Of a stretch of DNA of 64,000 bases, positions 45,618 through 56,150 are shown piece by piece; positions within the stretch are counted from its first letter, which is position 1; each line of letters starts with the position of its first letter. Below the pieces are notes generated by a model, which saw only the letters and a list, made by a program, of their open reading frames with translations, had not been told where the DNA came from and made no database searches. The translations under genes were made by a program, and so were the position numbers. Origin of the DNA: a bacterium (GTDB lineage Bacteria; Bacteroidota; Bacteroidia; NS11-12g; UBA955); the NCBI GenBank assembly GCA_029945665.1, contig JAQSCZ010000100.1, positions 10,584 to 74,583 on the forward strand, given 5' to 3'.

Positions 45618-46136
45618 TTATTTATCAAACAAATACGCTTTCAATTCAACTGCGTCTTCAGGCTTAAGTTTACCAGCCATTACCAATCGCACTTGTCTTC
45701 TGCGCAATGCACCATCATACTTCTGTGTTTCGGCTTCAGTTTCAGGCTCTAATTGTGGTACGACTACCGGTCTATTTCTGGAATCTATGGCTACGAATGT
45801 ATAATAAGCATCGTTGCATTTATAACGCTCACCTTTGGGAATATTATGAGCATATACTTCGATATATACCTCCATACTTGTATTGAATGCGCGTGTAACA
45901 TACGCTTCGAGGGTTACAACATCACCTAATTGAATACTTTCTTTGAAAGAAACACCGTCTACACTTGCAGTGACTACAATACTATTGCTGTGTTTTTGAG
46001 CAGTAATGGCCGCAACAATATCCATCCAATGGAGTAACCTTCCTCCCATTAAATTGTTGAGTGTGTTGGTATCATTGGGTAATACCAATTCATTCATAAT
46101 AGTAAAAGAATCTGAAGGTTTTTTAACAATTGTCAT
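45618..46136 (-). CDS. Acyl-CoA thioesterase (hotdog fold, YciA-like)
   Basis: LPNDTNTLNNLMGGRLLHWMDIVAAITA is present, and the 172-aa size fits. Confidence 0.82.
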   Translation of the reverse strand: MTIVKKPSDSFTIMNELVLPNDTNTLNNLMGGRLLHWMDIVAAITAQKHSNSIVVTASVDGVSFKESIQLGDVVTLEAYVTRAFNTSMEVYIEVYAHNIPKGERYKCNDAYYTFVAIDSRNRPVVVPQLEPETEAETQKYDGALRRRQVRLVMAGKLKPEDAVELKAYLFDK

Positions 46137-46140
46137 TTTG

Positions 46141-46148
46141 CAAAACTA
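46141..46148 (-). promoter_or_regulatory. Candidate -7 box TAGTTTTG only 4 nt from the thioesterase start codon
   Basis: The minus strand reads TAGTTTTG-CAAA-ATG. Confidence 0.35.
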
Positions 46149-46329
46149 CTAAAAATAACAGAGAATTTGGGTTAACAAAATACTGATGATGCTATAATTA
46201 AATTGAATTAAGGGTATTCCGTTTGAATTTTTAAGTAAAACAAGAAGCCTTCTTAAAGTTCATAACTATAAACGATAGGATTTATGTAATATTTTTTAGA
46301 AACAATTTCAATTATATTATCTTCGCGCC

Positions 46330-46977
46330 ATGAGCTATAAAATTGCACCAAGTGTCCTATCAGCTGATTTTGGCAATCTTCAAAGAGATATTGAAATGAT
46401 TAACCAAAGCGAGGCCGATTGGTTTCATATCGATATTATGGATGGTGTATTTGTTCCCAATATCTCATTTGGTTTTTCTGTATTAACACCACTAAAAAAA
46501 CACGCTACAAAACCTTTAGATGTTCATTTGATGATTGTTAATCCTGATCAATATATCACTAGGTTTGCAGAAGCAGGAGCGTCAGTTCTATCAGTGCATA
46601 TTGAAGCTTGCAACCATTTACACCGCAGCATACAAGCCATTAAAGGTGCTGGAATGAAAGCAGGCGTTGCGATCAATCCTCATACCAATGTAATGAATTT
46701 AGAGGATGTTGCTGGCGACATGGACTTGGTTTGTTTAATGAGTGTCAACCCTGGATTTGGTGGACAATCATTTATAGAAAACACATACCGCAAAATCGAA
46801 CAACTAAAAAATATGCAAGCTCGCTTAGGTGTTAATTTTGAAATTGAGATTGATGGTGGTGTAACCCTTCACAACTACAAAAAGCTTATCGATACAGGCG
46901 CTACCGTATTAGTAGCTGGCAATACTGTTTTTGGCTCCGCAAATCCTTCTGCCACAATTTCTGCATTAAAGCAATAA
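46330..46977 (+). CDS. rpe: Ribulose-phosphate 3-epimerase
   Basis: IAPSVLSADF, HIDIMDGVFVPN, SVNPGFGGQSF and IDGG are present. Confidence 0.93.
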   Translation: MSYKIAPSVLSADFGNLQRDIEMINQSEADWFHIDIMDGVFVPNISFGFSVLTPLKKHATKPLDVHLMIVNPDQYITRFAEAGASVLSVHIEACNHLHRSIQAIKGAGMKAGVAINPHTNVMNLEDVAGDMDLVCLMSVNPGFGGQSFIENTYRKIEQLKNMQARLGVNFEIEIDGGVTLHNYKKLIDTGATVLVAGNTVFGSANPSATISALKQ

Positions 46978-47017
46978 TTTAAAACAAAATTCGTTCAATC
47001 CACATTCACAAGCCGTA

Positions 47018-49552
47018 TTGAAACCGTTTTTTGTTGCCATAGCCCTTCTATTTTTCAGTCTTAATTCGATTGAAGCCCAAACTAATCAGAATAGTTTTAT
47101 AAAGGGCAAAGTAGTAGATAAAAGCAATCAACCGCTGCCTAACACCAATATTGTATATAATCTTACGAATGTTATATACCACACTGATAGTGCAGGGAAT
47201 TATATTGTACCATACATAGAAGGCAATAAAAATACAATTACTTTTACGCATACTGGCAAAGTGAGTCGATCTTTCAAGATTCCGTATCTTAAGGAGAATG
47301 AAGAATATGAAAACAATGTTACACTTATCGACAGTAATTATGTTATCGAAAGAGTGATATTTACCAATAAGCGACCTGAAGAACCAACAGGGCACATTGT
47401 ATTTAAACCTGTTGTGAATGGACCAGGTGTTTCTGGTGATTTTATGGATGGCATTAAAACCTTAGCTGGAGTTGCTTCGGGCAATGAGTTAAGCTCTCAA
47501 TACAATGTGAGAGGTGGCAGCTATGATGAAAATTTAATTTATGTAAATGATATTGAAATATACCGCCCACAATTAATTCGCAGTGGACAACAAGAAGGCT
47601 TGAGCTTTATTAATGGTGATTTAGTGAGTGCAGTTTCTTTCTCTGCTGGAGGTTTCGAGGCAAAATATGGCGATAAATTATCTTCTGTGCTAGACGTAAC
47701 CTACAAAACCCCAAAGAAAACTTCAGGCGGATTTTCAGGTGGGTTACTTGGTGGCTCGGCTTACATCGAAGGAATTAAAACAATAGATGACAAATTGCGG
47801 AAAGGTTCCAAATTTACCCGATTTACATATCTTGTAGGTGCTCGTTACAGAGGCAATAAGAATATTTTAAACTCTGCGGATGTTGTTGGTTCATATAAGT
47901 CGCGATTTAGCGATTTTCAATCCTTGTTCGTTTATCATCTGAATAGAAACAACAGAATAGAATTGTTAATTAATTTAGCGCAAAACAGGTATAAATTGGA
48001 GCCCGAATTACAACAAACAACATTCGGTACTTTACAAAATTCACTTCAATTGCGCATTGGTTTTGAGGGTCAAGAAATAATGGATTACAACAGTGCGATG
48101 TCTGGTATTTCATTTGTTCATACGACTAAAACAACCGAATTGAAATTCATCGCATCCGCTTTTATTTCGCAAGAAAGCGAGCATTACGATGTGCAAGGGG
48201 CCTATCAAATAAGTCAAGTTGATAACAATCTTGGCTCCAGTAGCTTTGGCAATGCCACTACCCTTTTAGGCCTAGGCTATTTTATAAACCATGCCCGAAA
48301 CGATTTATATTTTACGGTTGCTAATTTAGCACATCAGGGCGTTAAAAAAATATTAGTAAATGGTAAAACGACCCGTCTATTATGGGGCATCAAATACCAA
48401 TCGGAGGTTATTCATGATAGATTTAAGGAGTGGAAATACAGTGATTCGAGTGATTATAACATGGCTTACAATTCACAATTCAACAAAACTTTAGAGATCA
48501 GCGAATACATTAATTCAAAAACAGATATTATCAATCACAAATCATCAGGATTTGTGCAATATCAAAAAGGATTTGGAGAATTTAACCAAGTCAATTTCAC
48601 ACTTGGCACACGTTATCACTACTCAAGTTTAAATGAACAATCCCTTATTTCTCCGAGGGCACAATTATACTTTGAGCCCAATAGGGCATTCAATGCCCGT
48701 CACCGAAATGACAGTGTTTCAAAAAGAAAAAACACCTTATTAAAATTTGCTTTTGGCTATTATTATCAACCGCCTTTTTACAGAGAAATGCGGAATTTCG
48801 AAGGAAAAATTAACACAAACTTAAAGGCCCAACGCAGCATCCATGGTGTCTCGGGCATCGAATTTGGTTTTAATAAATGGGGCAGACCTTTTAAATTGAT
48901 GATAGAAGGCTACTATAAACAATTGGACTACTTAGTACCCTACTTACTAGACAACGTTCGAATACGCTATTATGCAACCAACACTGCACGAGGATATGCG
49001 ACAGGCATTGACAGCAGATTGAATGGTGAATTTATTAAAGGCATTGAAAGCTGGATTAGTTTAAGTGTCTTAAAAACAGATGAAAAAATAATGTATGTCA
49101 AAAATGGCAATGCAATTGAGTCGCCATTTCTACGCAGACCAACAGATAGACGTGTAAGTGCGTCCATTTTATTTAGAGATGAACTTAACAGAAACCCAGA
49201 TTACAGAGTCAATTTAATGTTAAATTTTGGCAGTGGATTGCCTTATTATTTAGGTGGCGATGCAAGATATACGCAGGGAAACCGTTTACCTACCTATCGA
49301 AGAGTCGATATTGGATTTAGTAAATTGTTATTAGGCGGTAAAAGCATTAAGCAATTAGCCTATGCAAAAAAACATGAAAAGGATGGACAGAGATTTGAAT
49401 CTCTTGAATTAGGTGTTGATGTGTATAACCTACTACAAATTAACAATGTGATAAGTTATATATGGGTAAAAGATTTCCAAAACAACACTTATGGTGTGCC
49501 CAATTACTTAACCGGTCGTAGATTGAATGTTAAACTAATCGGGAAGTTTTAA
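47018..49552 (+). CDS. TonB-dependent receptor with an N-terminal carboxypeptidase-regulatory-like domain
   Basis: The TTG start gives the signal peptide MKPFFVAIALLFFSLNSIEAQ. GKVVDKSNQPLPNTNI (CarbopepD_reg-like) and plug motifs (NVRGGSYDENLIYVNDIEIY) are present, and the protein ends in an aromatic residue (..GKF). Confidence 0.8.
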   Translation: MKPFFVAIALLFFSLNSIEAQTNQNSFIKGKVVDKSNQPLPNTNIVYNLTNVIYHTDSAGNYIVPYIEGNKNTITFTHTGKVSRSFKIPYLKENEEYENNVTLIDSNYVIERVIFTNKRPEEPTGHIVFKPVVNGPGVSGDFMDGIKTLAGVASGNELSSQYNVRGGSYDENLIYVNDIEIYRPQLIRSGQQEGLSFINGDLVSAVSFSAGGFEAKYGDKLSSVLDVTYKTPKKTSGGFSGGLLGGSAYIEGIKTIDDKLRKGSKFTRFTYLVGARYRGNKNILNSADVVGSYKSRFSDFQSLFVYHLNRNNRIELLINLAQNRYKLEPELQQTTFGTLQNSLQLRIGFEGQEIMDYNSAMSGISFVHTTKTTELKFIASAFISQESEHYDVQGAYQISQVDNNLGSSSFGNATTLLGLGYFINHARNDLYFTVANLAHQGVKKILVNGKTTRLLWGIKYQSEVIHDRFKEWKYSDSSDYNMAYNSQFNKTLEISEYINSKTDIINHKSSGFVQYQKGFGEFNQVNFTLGTRYHYSSLNEQSLISPRAQLYFEPNRAFNARHRNDSVSKRKNTLLKFAFGYYYQPPFYREMRNFEGKINTNLKAQRSIHGVSGIEFGFNKWGRPFKLMIEGYYKQLDYLVPYLLDNVRIRYYATNTARGYATGIDSRLNGEFIKGIESWISLSVLKTDEKIMYVKNGNAIESPFLRRPTDRRVSASILFRDELNRNPDYRVNLMLNFGSGLPYYLGGDARYTQGNRLPTYRRVDIGFSKLLLGGKSIKQLAYAKKHEKDGQRFESLELGVDVYNLLQINNVISYIWVKDFQNNTYGVPNYLTGRRLNVKLIGKF

Positions 49553-49581
49553 TTTTAATAATTGCGCCATTTAACTAACCA

Positions 49582-50514
49582 TTAAGTTCGTTTATAAACT
49601 CTGATATAATCTACAATAAATTGATTGAATCGAAAATCAGATGGTAAAAACTTGAGGTAATTTTGGTCGAAACTATTGTTGAGTATAATTACCATTTCAT
49701 CATCCAACCATTTGCGTAAGCGTTTATTTACACGAATATAATTCACCAATTTACCGTCGGTATAAAATTTAATAAATTTGGGACTCCATTCACATGCATA
49801 GATATGAAAAACAGAATCTGTATTATTGGGTAAGTTTATTTTCTTAGATAAAAACCCACGGGATCGTTTGCCATCTTTACCAAAATGTATGGTTGCATAT
49901 TGATTATGAATGGTGCCTTTCCCTTTCTTTCCATACATTTCAAATATGTCAATTTCTGGTGGCCAACGGTGAGCTCCGGTAAGCCAAAATGCAGGCCATG
50001 TCGCAGCGCCACTTGGATTCATAGACCGAATTTCGAAGTATCCGTATTTCTGACTAAAGGAGACATCGGAATTGATCAAACCTACGGCATAAGGAATCGT
50101 AAATGTCGTGTCCGTTTTTACAAATTTTTTAGGACTATAGGCCCCGCCTAAATACAATAAACCATGCTTTGTTTGAATTTCATTATTCGAATAATATTGG
50201 TGAAGATAAGCACCATGATACTCGCCCCAAGGCTGTCCTTTTCGCCATTTATGCGTATCTAAAGTATCAAAATTATCAAAGAAGGTCAGAGTCCAACCTG
50301 GCTTTAAAGATGAGCTATCGGGTAATTTAGTTTCTGGTTTACTAATTGCATAATTAGTCTTAATAATTCCATTGCGCAGACTTAAATGGTTTTTAAAATA
50401 AAACAATTTAATGGGCCGCTTATTTTCACCCAATGTATCTTTGATAGTTTGCGATTTCAAGTGACCTGAAAATCCAATTAACAAACAAAACAAGCGTATA
50501 ATGTTATTTTTCAT
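49582..50514 (-). CDS. Secreted glycoside hydrolase family 16 protein
   Basis: The ATG at 50514 gives the signal MKNNIIRLFCLLIGFSGHLKSQ. WPAFWL and the catalytic E-x-D-x-x-E (PPEIDIFEMYG) are present. Confidence 0.8.
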   Translation of the reverse strand: MKNNIIRLFCLLIGFSGHLKSQTIKDTLGENKRPIKLFYFKNHLSLRNGIIKTNYAISKPETKLPDSSSLKPGWTLTFFDNFDTLDTHKWRKGQPWGEYHGAYLHQYYSNNEIQTKHGLLYLGGAYSPKKFVKTDTTFTIPYAVGLINSDVSFSQKYGYFEIRSMNPSGAATWPAFWLTGAHRWPPEIDIFEMYGKKGKGTIHNQYATIHFGKDGKRSRGFLSKKINLPNNTDSVFHIYACEWSPKFIKFYTDGKLVNYIRVNKRLRKWLDDEMVIILNNSFDQNYLKFLPSDFRFNQFIVDYIRVYKRT

Positions 50515-50516
50515 AC

Positions 50517-51170
50517 CTAAAACAACCAAGCGCCCATTCTAATTGAAAATATGGGAGAGAGACCTGTAAAACCATAATCCATATTGGAAGTATGGTAGGT
50601 CCGATAATCTTCAATGGCTTTAGGAATATTAGATTGATTGTAGGCCAATCCTAAACCTGTTTCAAAAAATAAAACCCCAGGAGAGTAATTGAAAATAAGT
50701 TGTGCATCGAGTGCAACCCGCGTGAATTTTTCTTTATGAACAGCGACAGTATAATGATAAAAAGGTGGTTGATCATACACATAGGCATTTTCGTAAAATT
50801 TTAAATTATAGTTGTAGCGATTGGCCCCCAATGCAGCATACATTTTCCATCTACTATTTGGATTATTGCTAAGATTCATTCTAATTTGCCCACCAAATCC
50901 CAACCCTTGAATTTTATCCGAAGCCTTTTTCATAAATGCTGCTTCAAATGGTTTTACATTTCGCGCTTGTTGTGCATTGGTATATCCATCAGTAAGATGA
51001 ACGCCCGCTAATAATTGATATTTTTTATCAGGGGTACTTAATACGCCATCAAGTTCAAAGCATTGGTATGGCAATTGGGCCAAATTACCAAGCAAAGCAA
51101 ACACTGTAGAGTCTTGTGCTTTGGCATTTTGAATAAACAAAAGCAGTATTATTAAACTTAACTTTTTCAT
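50517..51170 (-). CDS. Small outer-membrane beta-barrel protein, uncharacterised
   Basis: Signal peptide MKKLSLIILLLFIQNAKAQ. Amphipathic segments alternate, and the terminal ..RMGAWLF is an aromatic C-terminal beta-signal. Confidence 0.6.
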   Translation of the reverse strand: MKKLSLIILLLFIQNAKAQDSTVFALLGNLAQLPYQCFELDGVLSTPDKKYQLLAGVHLTDGYTNAQQARNVKPFEAAFMKKASDKIQGLGFGGQIRMNLSNNPNSRWKMYAALGANRYNYNLKFYENAYVYDQPPFYHYTVAVHKEKFTRVALDAQLIFNYSPGVLFFETGLGLAYNQSNIPKAIEDYRTYHTSNMDYGFTGLSPIFSIRMGAWLF

Positions 51171-51937
51171 TTTAATTCTCCTTTTGCTGTTAATTTATTG
51201 TTGGCATACGAGAAACCAAAAATAGTTCTTGAATTGGATGTATAGATTCTATCACCAATACAGATAGTTGTGGTTAAAGCATTTTCAGGATTGAATAAAA
51301 AATCGAAACTCGTATTTAATGGCTTTGGATTGTTAATGTTAAATTTATTTATTTTACTGTTCATATAAAAGACCACACTATCTTGGAACAGGGCAAACGA
51401 ACTTGCCTGCAAGTTTAAATGACTTGTTTTTTCTAATGTCAAAATTTTATTACCTAATGCGTTATAGTTATAAATATTTAGCAGGCGCGATTCAGCTTGG
51501 GAACTATAATAGGTTCTGGTGTTTGAAGAAAATCGTTGATTTAACAAAAACAAAACAGTATCCTTTAGCAACAGTTCGTTTGTGGTATAGCTTTGGTATA
51601 AATAATTGGGATTGGTAATTTCTATTAAAGTGTTGTTATAAGTTAGTCTATATAAAATCATTTCGGAATTTGACAAAACAAGTAAAGAGTCCTTCACACA
51701 CATCGAATTATACTTGAGGCGGTTATATGTATTTAATATTTTAATTTGATTGCCTCCAAAATCATAAGCCGTAACATCGTTCACCTTATTGAGATACAAA
51801 TTATTTTGATTAATCCCGATTAGACCGAAATTCAAACTATTGGGCGAAGTATCATTTATCAGACGTGGCCCGTTGTCTTTTTTTGTACAACCCATTGCTC
51901 CAATCAAACAGATACCAAATAGTATTTTTAGTTTCAT
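51167..51937 (-). CDS. Lipoprotein, uncharacterised (possible beta-propeller partner)
   Basis: Lipobox LIGAMGC. The sequence is Asn/Leu/Tyr-rich with repetitive strand-like segments. An ATGA overlap is present at both ends. Confidence 0.55.
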   Translation of the reverse strand: MKLKILFGICLIGAMGCTKKDNGPRLINDTSPNSLNFGLIGINQNNLYLNKVNDVTAYDFGGNQIKILNTYNRLKYNSMCVKDSLLVLSNSEMILYRLTYNNTLIEITNPNYLYQSYTTNELLLKDTVLFLLNQRFSSNTRTYYSSQAESRLLNIYNYNALGNKILTLEKTSHLNLQASSFALFQDSVVFYMNSKINKFNINNPKPLNTSFDFLFNPENALTTTICIGDRIYTSNSRTIFGFSYANNKLTAKGELK

Positions 51938-52437
51938 ATTTTTTCGTAGCTAATAATGGTGGTATTGGGAGGCAGCTCTTTAAGTTTCTCATGCACTGTT
52001 AAGCCATCCATAGTTTTAATCGTGATATCGAATGCATTTAATTCGCGTTTAGTAATGATTGGCGAATTGATATTATTAAAATCAATTGTAATAAAGTCGC
52101 GGTAATTATTGGCGTATATCATATTACCTTTTACCTCAAAATCTATACAAGCAGGTATTTGATAAAAGCTTTTTTTAACCGGCTGGTCTGGATTGCTCAC
52201 ATCGATAACATGAATTCCCAAGCCATAATCTAATGCTAAAAGATAGGTCCCCATTTGTCGCATCAAGGTAATGCTTTTATTATCTTGTGCGGGCAATAGA
52301 AACAGATCGGTAGTAATTTTCGAATTATCCATCAGCACTGGCTTATAGGCCGAATAGATATCTGCTTTTTCTTTGGATGTACAGCTTGTTATTAACAACA
52401 AACCAAACACAATCATTATATTAAAAATAGATTTCAT
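51934..52437 (-). CDS. LVIVD-repeat-like lipoprotein
   Basis: The ATG at 52437 gives MKSIFNIMIVFGLLLITSC (lipobox). GIHVIDVSNPDQP matches the LVIVD beta-propeller blade motif. An alternative ATG exists at 52452. Confidence 0.6.
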   Translation of the reverse strand: MKSIFNIMIVFGLLLITSCTSKEKADIYSAYKPVLMDNSKITTDLFLLPAQDNKSITLMRQMGTYLLALDYGLGIHVIDVSNPDQPVKKSFYQIPACIDFEVKGNMIYANNYRDFITIDFNNINSPIITKRELNAFDITIKTMDGLTVHEKLKELPPNTTIISYEKI

Positions 52438-52445
52438 CTCGTCAT

Positions 52446-52453
52446 CAAACATA
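52446..52453 (-). promoter_or_regulatory. Candidate -7 box TATGTTTG for the LVIVD/GH16 operon
   Basis: Exact TAnnTTTG on the minus strand, 8 nt upstream of ATG 52437, overlapping the alternative ATG at 52452. Confidence 0.4.
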
Positions 52454-52460
52454 CCATCTT

Positions 52461-52498
52461 AAAAACAAAAAAGCAAGTATCCGAGAGAATACTTGCTT
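52461..52498 (-). terminator. Rho-independent terminator after sdhB
   Basis: AAGCAAGTAT / ATACTTGCTT 10-bp stem with an 8-nt loop. The T-rich run on the minus strand is the complement of 52461-52470. Confidence 0.75.
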
Positions 52499-52521
52499 TT
52501 TATCTAGACGGTTAATATGTA

Positions 52522-53268
52522 TTATTTGCCCAATAAGTTGGCAGAGAAAAACTCTCTGTTCATTCTGGCGATATTACTTAAGTCTATTCCTTTAGGACAT
52601 TCGGCACTGCAAGCACCAGTGTTGGTACAACTACCAAATCCTTCAGCATCCATTTGATTCACCATGGCCATAACACGCATTTTAGCTTCTGGCTGGCCTT
52701 GAGGCAATAGAGCCAATTGAGATACCTTAGCCGATACAAATAACATAGCACTTGCATTTTTACAAGCGGCTACACAGGCTCCACAACCTATACACGCGGC
52801 GCTCATAAAGGCCTCGTCAGCTTGTTCTTTACCAATCGGCAAATTATTGGCATCTTGCGCATTACCTGTGTTAACAGAAATGAAACCACCCGATGCTATT
52901 ATCCGATCAAAGGCCGATCTATCAACTGATAAATCTTTATTCACTGGAAAAGCCCCTGCTCTCCATGGTTCAACAACAATGGTATCGCCATCGCTAAAAG
53001 AACGCATGTGCAATTGACAAGTGGTAACACCAGCTAATGGCCCGTGGGGTCGACCATTGATGTGCATGCTGCAACTTCCGCAAATACCTTCGCGGCAATC
53101 GTGATCGAATGTAATCGGATCGTCACCTTTTGTAATTAAGTCTTCATTCAATACATCAAACATTTCTAAGAATGACATATCTGGAGAAACGTGATCTACT
53201 TTATAATCCTTTAATTCACCTTTGGCTTTGTTGTTTTTTTGGCGCCAAACTTTTAAATTAATTTTCAT
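52522..53268 (-). CDS. sdhB: Succinate dehydrogenase/fumarate reductase iron-sulfur subunit
   Basis: [26 protein letters not shown] and [15 protein letters not shown] cluster motifs are present. Confidence 0.93.
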   Translation of the reverse strand: MKINLKVWRQKNNKAKGELKDYKVDHVSPDMSFLEMFDVLNEDLITKGDDPITFDHDCREGICGSCSMHINGRPHGPLAGVTTCQLHMRSFSDGDTIVVEPWRAGAFPVNKDLSVDRSAFDRIIASGGFISVNTGNAQDANNLPIGKEQADEAFMSAACIGCGACVAACKNASAMLFVSAKVSQLALLPQGQPEAKMRVMAMVNQMDAEGFGSCTNTGACSAECPKGIDLSNIARMNREFFSANLLGK

Positions 53269-53310
53269 TTTTGCTAACTATTTTTTGTTTATAAACTTTT
53301 TCCTTTTACC

Positions 53311-55314
53311 TTATTTGTAGCTTCTTGCTGCAATTTTAATGTTCTCGAATTTTAATTCTTCTTTGTGCAATTTCCATCCGTCGGCTAAATTTTCCCACGC
53401 TGAAACAAATGCAAAATTGACATCATCTCTAAGCGCTTCACCTTCGTCTGTTTGGTATTCTTCTCTAAAGTGACCACCACAACTTTCGTTTCTTTCCAAT
53501 GCATCCGTACACATCAATTCACCTAATTCGATAAAGTCGGCTACACGACCTGCTTTTTCAAGTTCTTGGTTAAACTCATTGGCTTCGCCAGTTACCCTTA
53601 CATCGCTCCAGAATTCAACTTTTAATTGCTTAATATCTGCAATTGCCGATTTCAATCCTTCAATATTTCGGGCCATTCCGCATTCGTTCCACATTATTTT
53701 ACCAAGTCGTTTATGAAAATGGTCAACTGATTTAGTACCTTTAACATTCAACAATTTTTGAATTCTATCTTCAACATCTTTTTCTGTTGCTGCAAAAGCA
53801 GGATGATCCGTAGAAATCGCTTTTGTTCTAATTTCGTCAGCTAAATAATCTCCAATTGTATAAGGTATTACAAAATAACCATCGGCTAAACCTTGCATTA
53901 ATGCTGAAGCACCAAGTCTATTCGCGCCATGGTCACTAAAGTTAGCTTCACCTAGAGCATATAATCCAGGAACAGTTGTCATTAAGTTATAATCTACCCA
54001 CAATCCACCCATTGTATAATGCACTGCAGGATATATTTGCATTGGCTCTTCATAAGGATCAACACCAGTAATCTGTTTATACATATCGAACAAGTTACCG
54101 TATTTTTCTTTAATTACACCAGCACCAAATTCTTTTAATTGAGCGGCAGATGGGTTTTCAATACCTTTTTTAGTAGCTTCAGTTCTACCGTATTTCTCGG
54201 TCATGTTAAAAAAGAAATCTAAATACACGGCCTCACCTGTTGAGTTTACGCCATAACCCGCATCACATCTTTCTTTAGCTGCGCGACTTGCCACGTCTCT
54301 TGGCACCAAGTTACCAAAAGCAGGATATCTTCTTTCTAAATAATAATCTCTATCCTCCTCTTTTATTTGAGTCGGTCTTAAAGTCCCTTTTCTCAAAGCT
54401 TCTGCATCTTCTTTCTTCGCAGGCACCCATATTCTACCATCGTTTCTCAACGATTCTGACATCAAAGTTAATTTTGATTGGTGATCGCCTGAACGTGGAA
54501 TACAAGTAGGGTGAATTTGCGTATAACAAGGATTGGCCATGTATGCACCGCGTTTATGGGCTTTCCATGCCGCCGTTACATTACTACCCATTGCGTTGGT
54601 TGACAGGTAAAACACATTGCCATAACCACCACTACAAAGTAATACTGCGTGTCCGAAATGTCTTTCTAATTTACCTGTAACAAGGTCTCTTGCGATTATG
54701 CCTCTCGCTTTACCATCAATGGTAACAACATCTAGCATTTCATGTCGAGAATACATTTTCACTTGACCCATCCCTATTTGTCTTTCTAAAGCACTGTAGG
54801 CGCCTAAAAGCAACTGTTGGCCTGTTTGACCTGCAGCATAAAATGTTCTTTGTACTTGTGTTCCACCAAAAGAACGGTTACTTAAAAGCCCACCGTATTC
54901 TCTTGCAAAAGGAACCCCTTGTGCCACACACTGGTCGATAATACTTGAACTCACTTCAGCCAATCTGTGAACATTCCCTTCTCTTGCCCTGTAATCGCCA
55001 CCTTTAATGGTATCGTAAAATAAACGGTAAGTGCTGTCGCCGTCGTTTTGGTAATTCTTTGCAGCATTGATACCACCTTGAGCAGCAATACTATGGGCTC
55101 TTCTTGGAGAATCCTGAAAGCAGAAACACTTGACCTTGTAACCCATTTCGGCTAATGAGGCTGCTGCTGCCGATCCTGCTAAACCAGAACCTACTACAAT
55201 AATTTCAAGACTTCTTTTATTCGCTGGATTTACTAAGTGAACAGAAGATTTATATTTGGTCCATTTTTCGTTTAAATTTCCTTCAGGAATTTTAGAATCT
55301 AGGATATTTGACAT
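53311..55314 (-). CDS. sdhA: Succinate dehydrogenase/fumarate reductase flavoprotein subunit
   Basis: [15 protein letters not shown] fold, [14 protein letters not shown] (His for covalent FAD) and [10 protein letters not shown] are present. Confidence 0.93.
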   Translation of the reverse strand: MSNILDSKIPEGNLNEKWTKYKSSVHLVNPANKRSLEIIVVGSGLAGSAAAASLAEMGYKVKCFCFQDSPRRAHSIAAQGGINAAKNYQNDGDSTYRLFYDTIKGGDYRAREGNVHRLAEVSSSIIDQCVAQGVPFAREYGGLLSNRSFGGTQVQRTFYAAGQTGQQLLLGAYSALERQIGMGQVKMYSRHEMLDVVTIDGKARGIIARDLVTGKLERHFGHAVLLCSGGYGNVFYLSTNAMGSNVTAAWKAHKRGAYMANPCYTQIHPTCIPRSGDHQSKLTLMSESLRNDGRIWVPAKKEDAEALRKGTLRPTQIKEEDRDYYLERRYPAFGNLVPRDVASRAAKERCDAGYGVNSTGEAVYLDFFFNMTEKYGRTEATKKGIENPSAAQLKEFGAGVIKEKYGNLFDMYKQITGVDPYEEPMQIYPAVHYTMGGLWVDYNLMTTVPGLYALGEANFSDHGANRLGASALMQGLADGYFVIPYTIGDYLADEIRTKAISTDHPAFAATEKDVEDRIQKLLNVKGTKSVDHFHKRLGKIMWNECGMARNIEGLKSAIADIKQLKVEFWSDVRVTGEANEFNQELEKAGRVADFIELGELMCTDALERNESCGGHFREEYQTDEGEALRDDVNFAFVSAWENLADGWKLHKEELKFENIKIAARSYK

Positions 55315-55337
55315 TTGAATAGTTGTTTTTAAAATGA

Positions 55338-56117
55338 TTAATTAAGAAATAAAAAATAAACCGGCATGATGGCGAATAGTATTGGAATGATGATACCGAA
55401 AACTCCGACTCCAATGTTTTGAATCAATGCATTGTATTTTTTGTTATTGACACCTAAGGTTTGAAAAGCACTGCTGAATCCATGAACCAAGTGAAAGGAC
55501 AAAGCTGCCATAGAGATTATATAAATTAAAACCAACCATCCCGCTTTAAAACCATCGGCAACCACTATGTATAAATCTTTAACGATGGTAATTTCTAAAC
55601 CACTTTGATTGTCTACAAATTTTTCCATTTTACCTTTAATCTCACCAGTGAATGGAGAGAAAGAAACTTCACCCGTTGCTAAATTCCTCTCATATTGAGT
55701 GTAAGGCACAGTTCCAAATTTATACTGAGCCCAAAAATTCCACATGTGTAAAACCAAAAAAGCTAAGATAATAGTACCCAAAACACCCATCCATCGGCTC
55801 GACCATTTACTGTTTGCTTTGCCGTCATAGGCAGCATATTGAACAGGTCGTGCTTTTCTATTTTGAGCTACAAGGTATAAACCCCAGAACGCGTGAAATA
55901 AAATGATGGCATATAAACCATAAGAAACAAACTTAATAAGCGGATTGGTTGTCATAAACACCGCGTAGGTGTTAAACGCCAGTCCACCGTCGTGCTTTAG
56001 GAGTTGTAAATTACCAGTTAAATGCACAATAAGAAACGTGCAGAGAAAGAGTCCAGTAAGACCCATCAGTAATTTTTTACCGATACTTGATTTTAAAAAA
56101 GTGCTAATCCAATTCAT
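55338..56117 (-). CDS. sdhC: Succinate dehydrogenase cytochrome b subunit (b558 family)
   Basis: 259 aa with 5 TM segments and conserved His residues ([33 protein letters not shown]). It lies upstream of sdhA. Confidence 0.8.
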   Translation of the reverse strand: MNWISTFLKSSIGKKLLMGLTGLFLCTFLIVHLTGNLQLLKHDGGLAFNTYAVFMTTNPLIKFVSYGLYAIILFHAFWGLYLVAQNRKARPVQYAAYDGKANSKWSSRWMGVLGTIILAFLVLHMWNFWAQYKFGTVPYTQYERNLATGEVSFSPFTGEIKGKMEKFVDNQSGLEITIVKDLYIVVADGFKAGWLVLIYIISMAALSFHLVHGFSSAFQTLGVNNKKYNALIQNIGVGVFGIIIPILFAIMPVYFLFLN

Positions 56118-56142
56118 GTATTAATGATTTTTATATTTTTTG

Positions 56143-56150
56143 CAAATTTA
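56143..56150 (-). promoter_or_regulatory. Candidate -7 box TAAATTTG for sdhCAB
   Basis: Exact TAnnTTTG on the minus strand, 25 nt upstream of ATG 56117. Confidence 0.45.

Noticed and set aside
45454-45804. A 116-aa plus-strand ORF spans the ppa/thioesterase junction.
   Set aside because: It overlaps two well-supported minus-strand genes and has no motifs.
47048-47395. A 115-aa minus-strand ORF lies at the 5' end of the TonB-dependent receptor gene.
   Set aside because: It is antisense to the receptor's CarboxypepD_reg-like domain and plug coding region, and no signal or motif is present. This is a shadow ORF.
51167-52452. The possibility that the two lipoprotein ORFs are one frameshifted LVIVD beta-propeller gene (a pseudogene).
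   Set aside because: The second ORF has its own ATG in an ATGA overlap and its own complete signal peptide plus lipobox (LIGAMGC). This is not expected from an internal fragment, so I treated them as two genes. An orthologue alignment would settle it.
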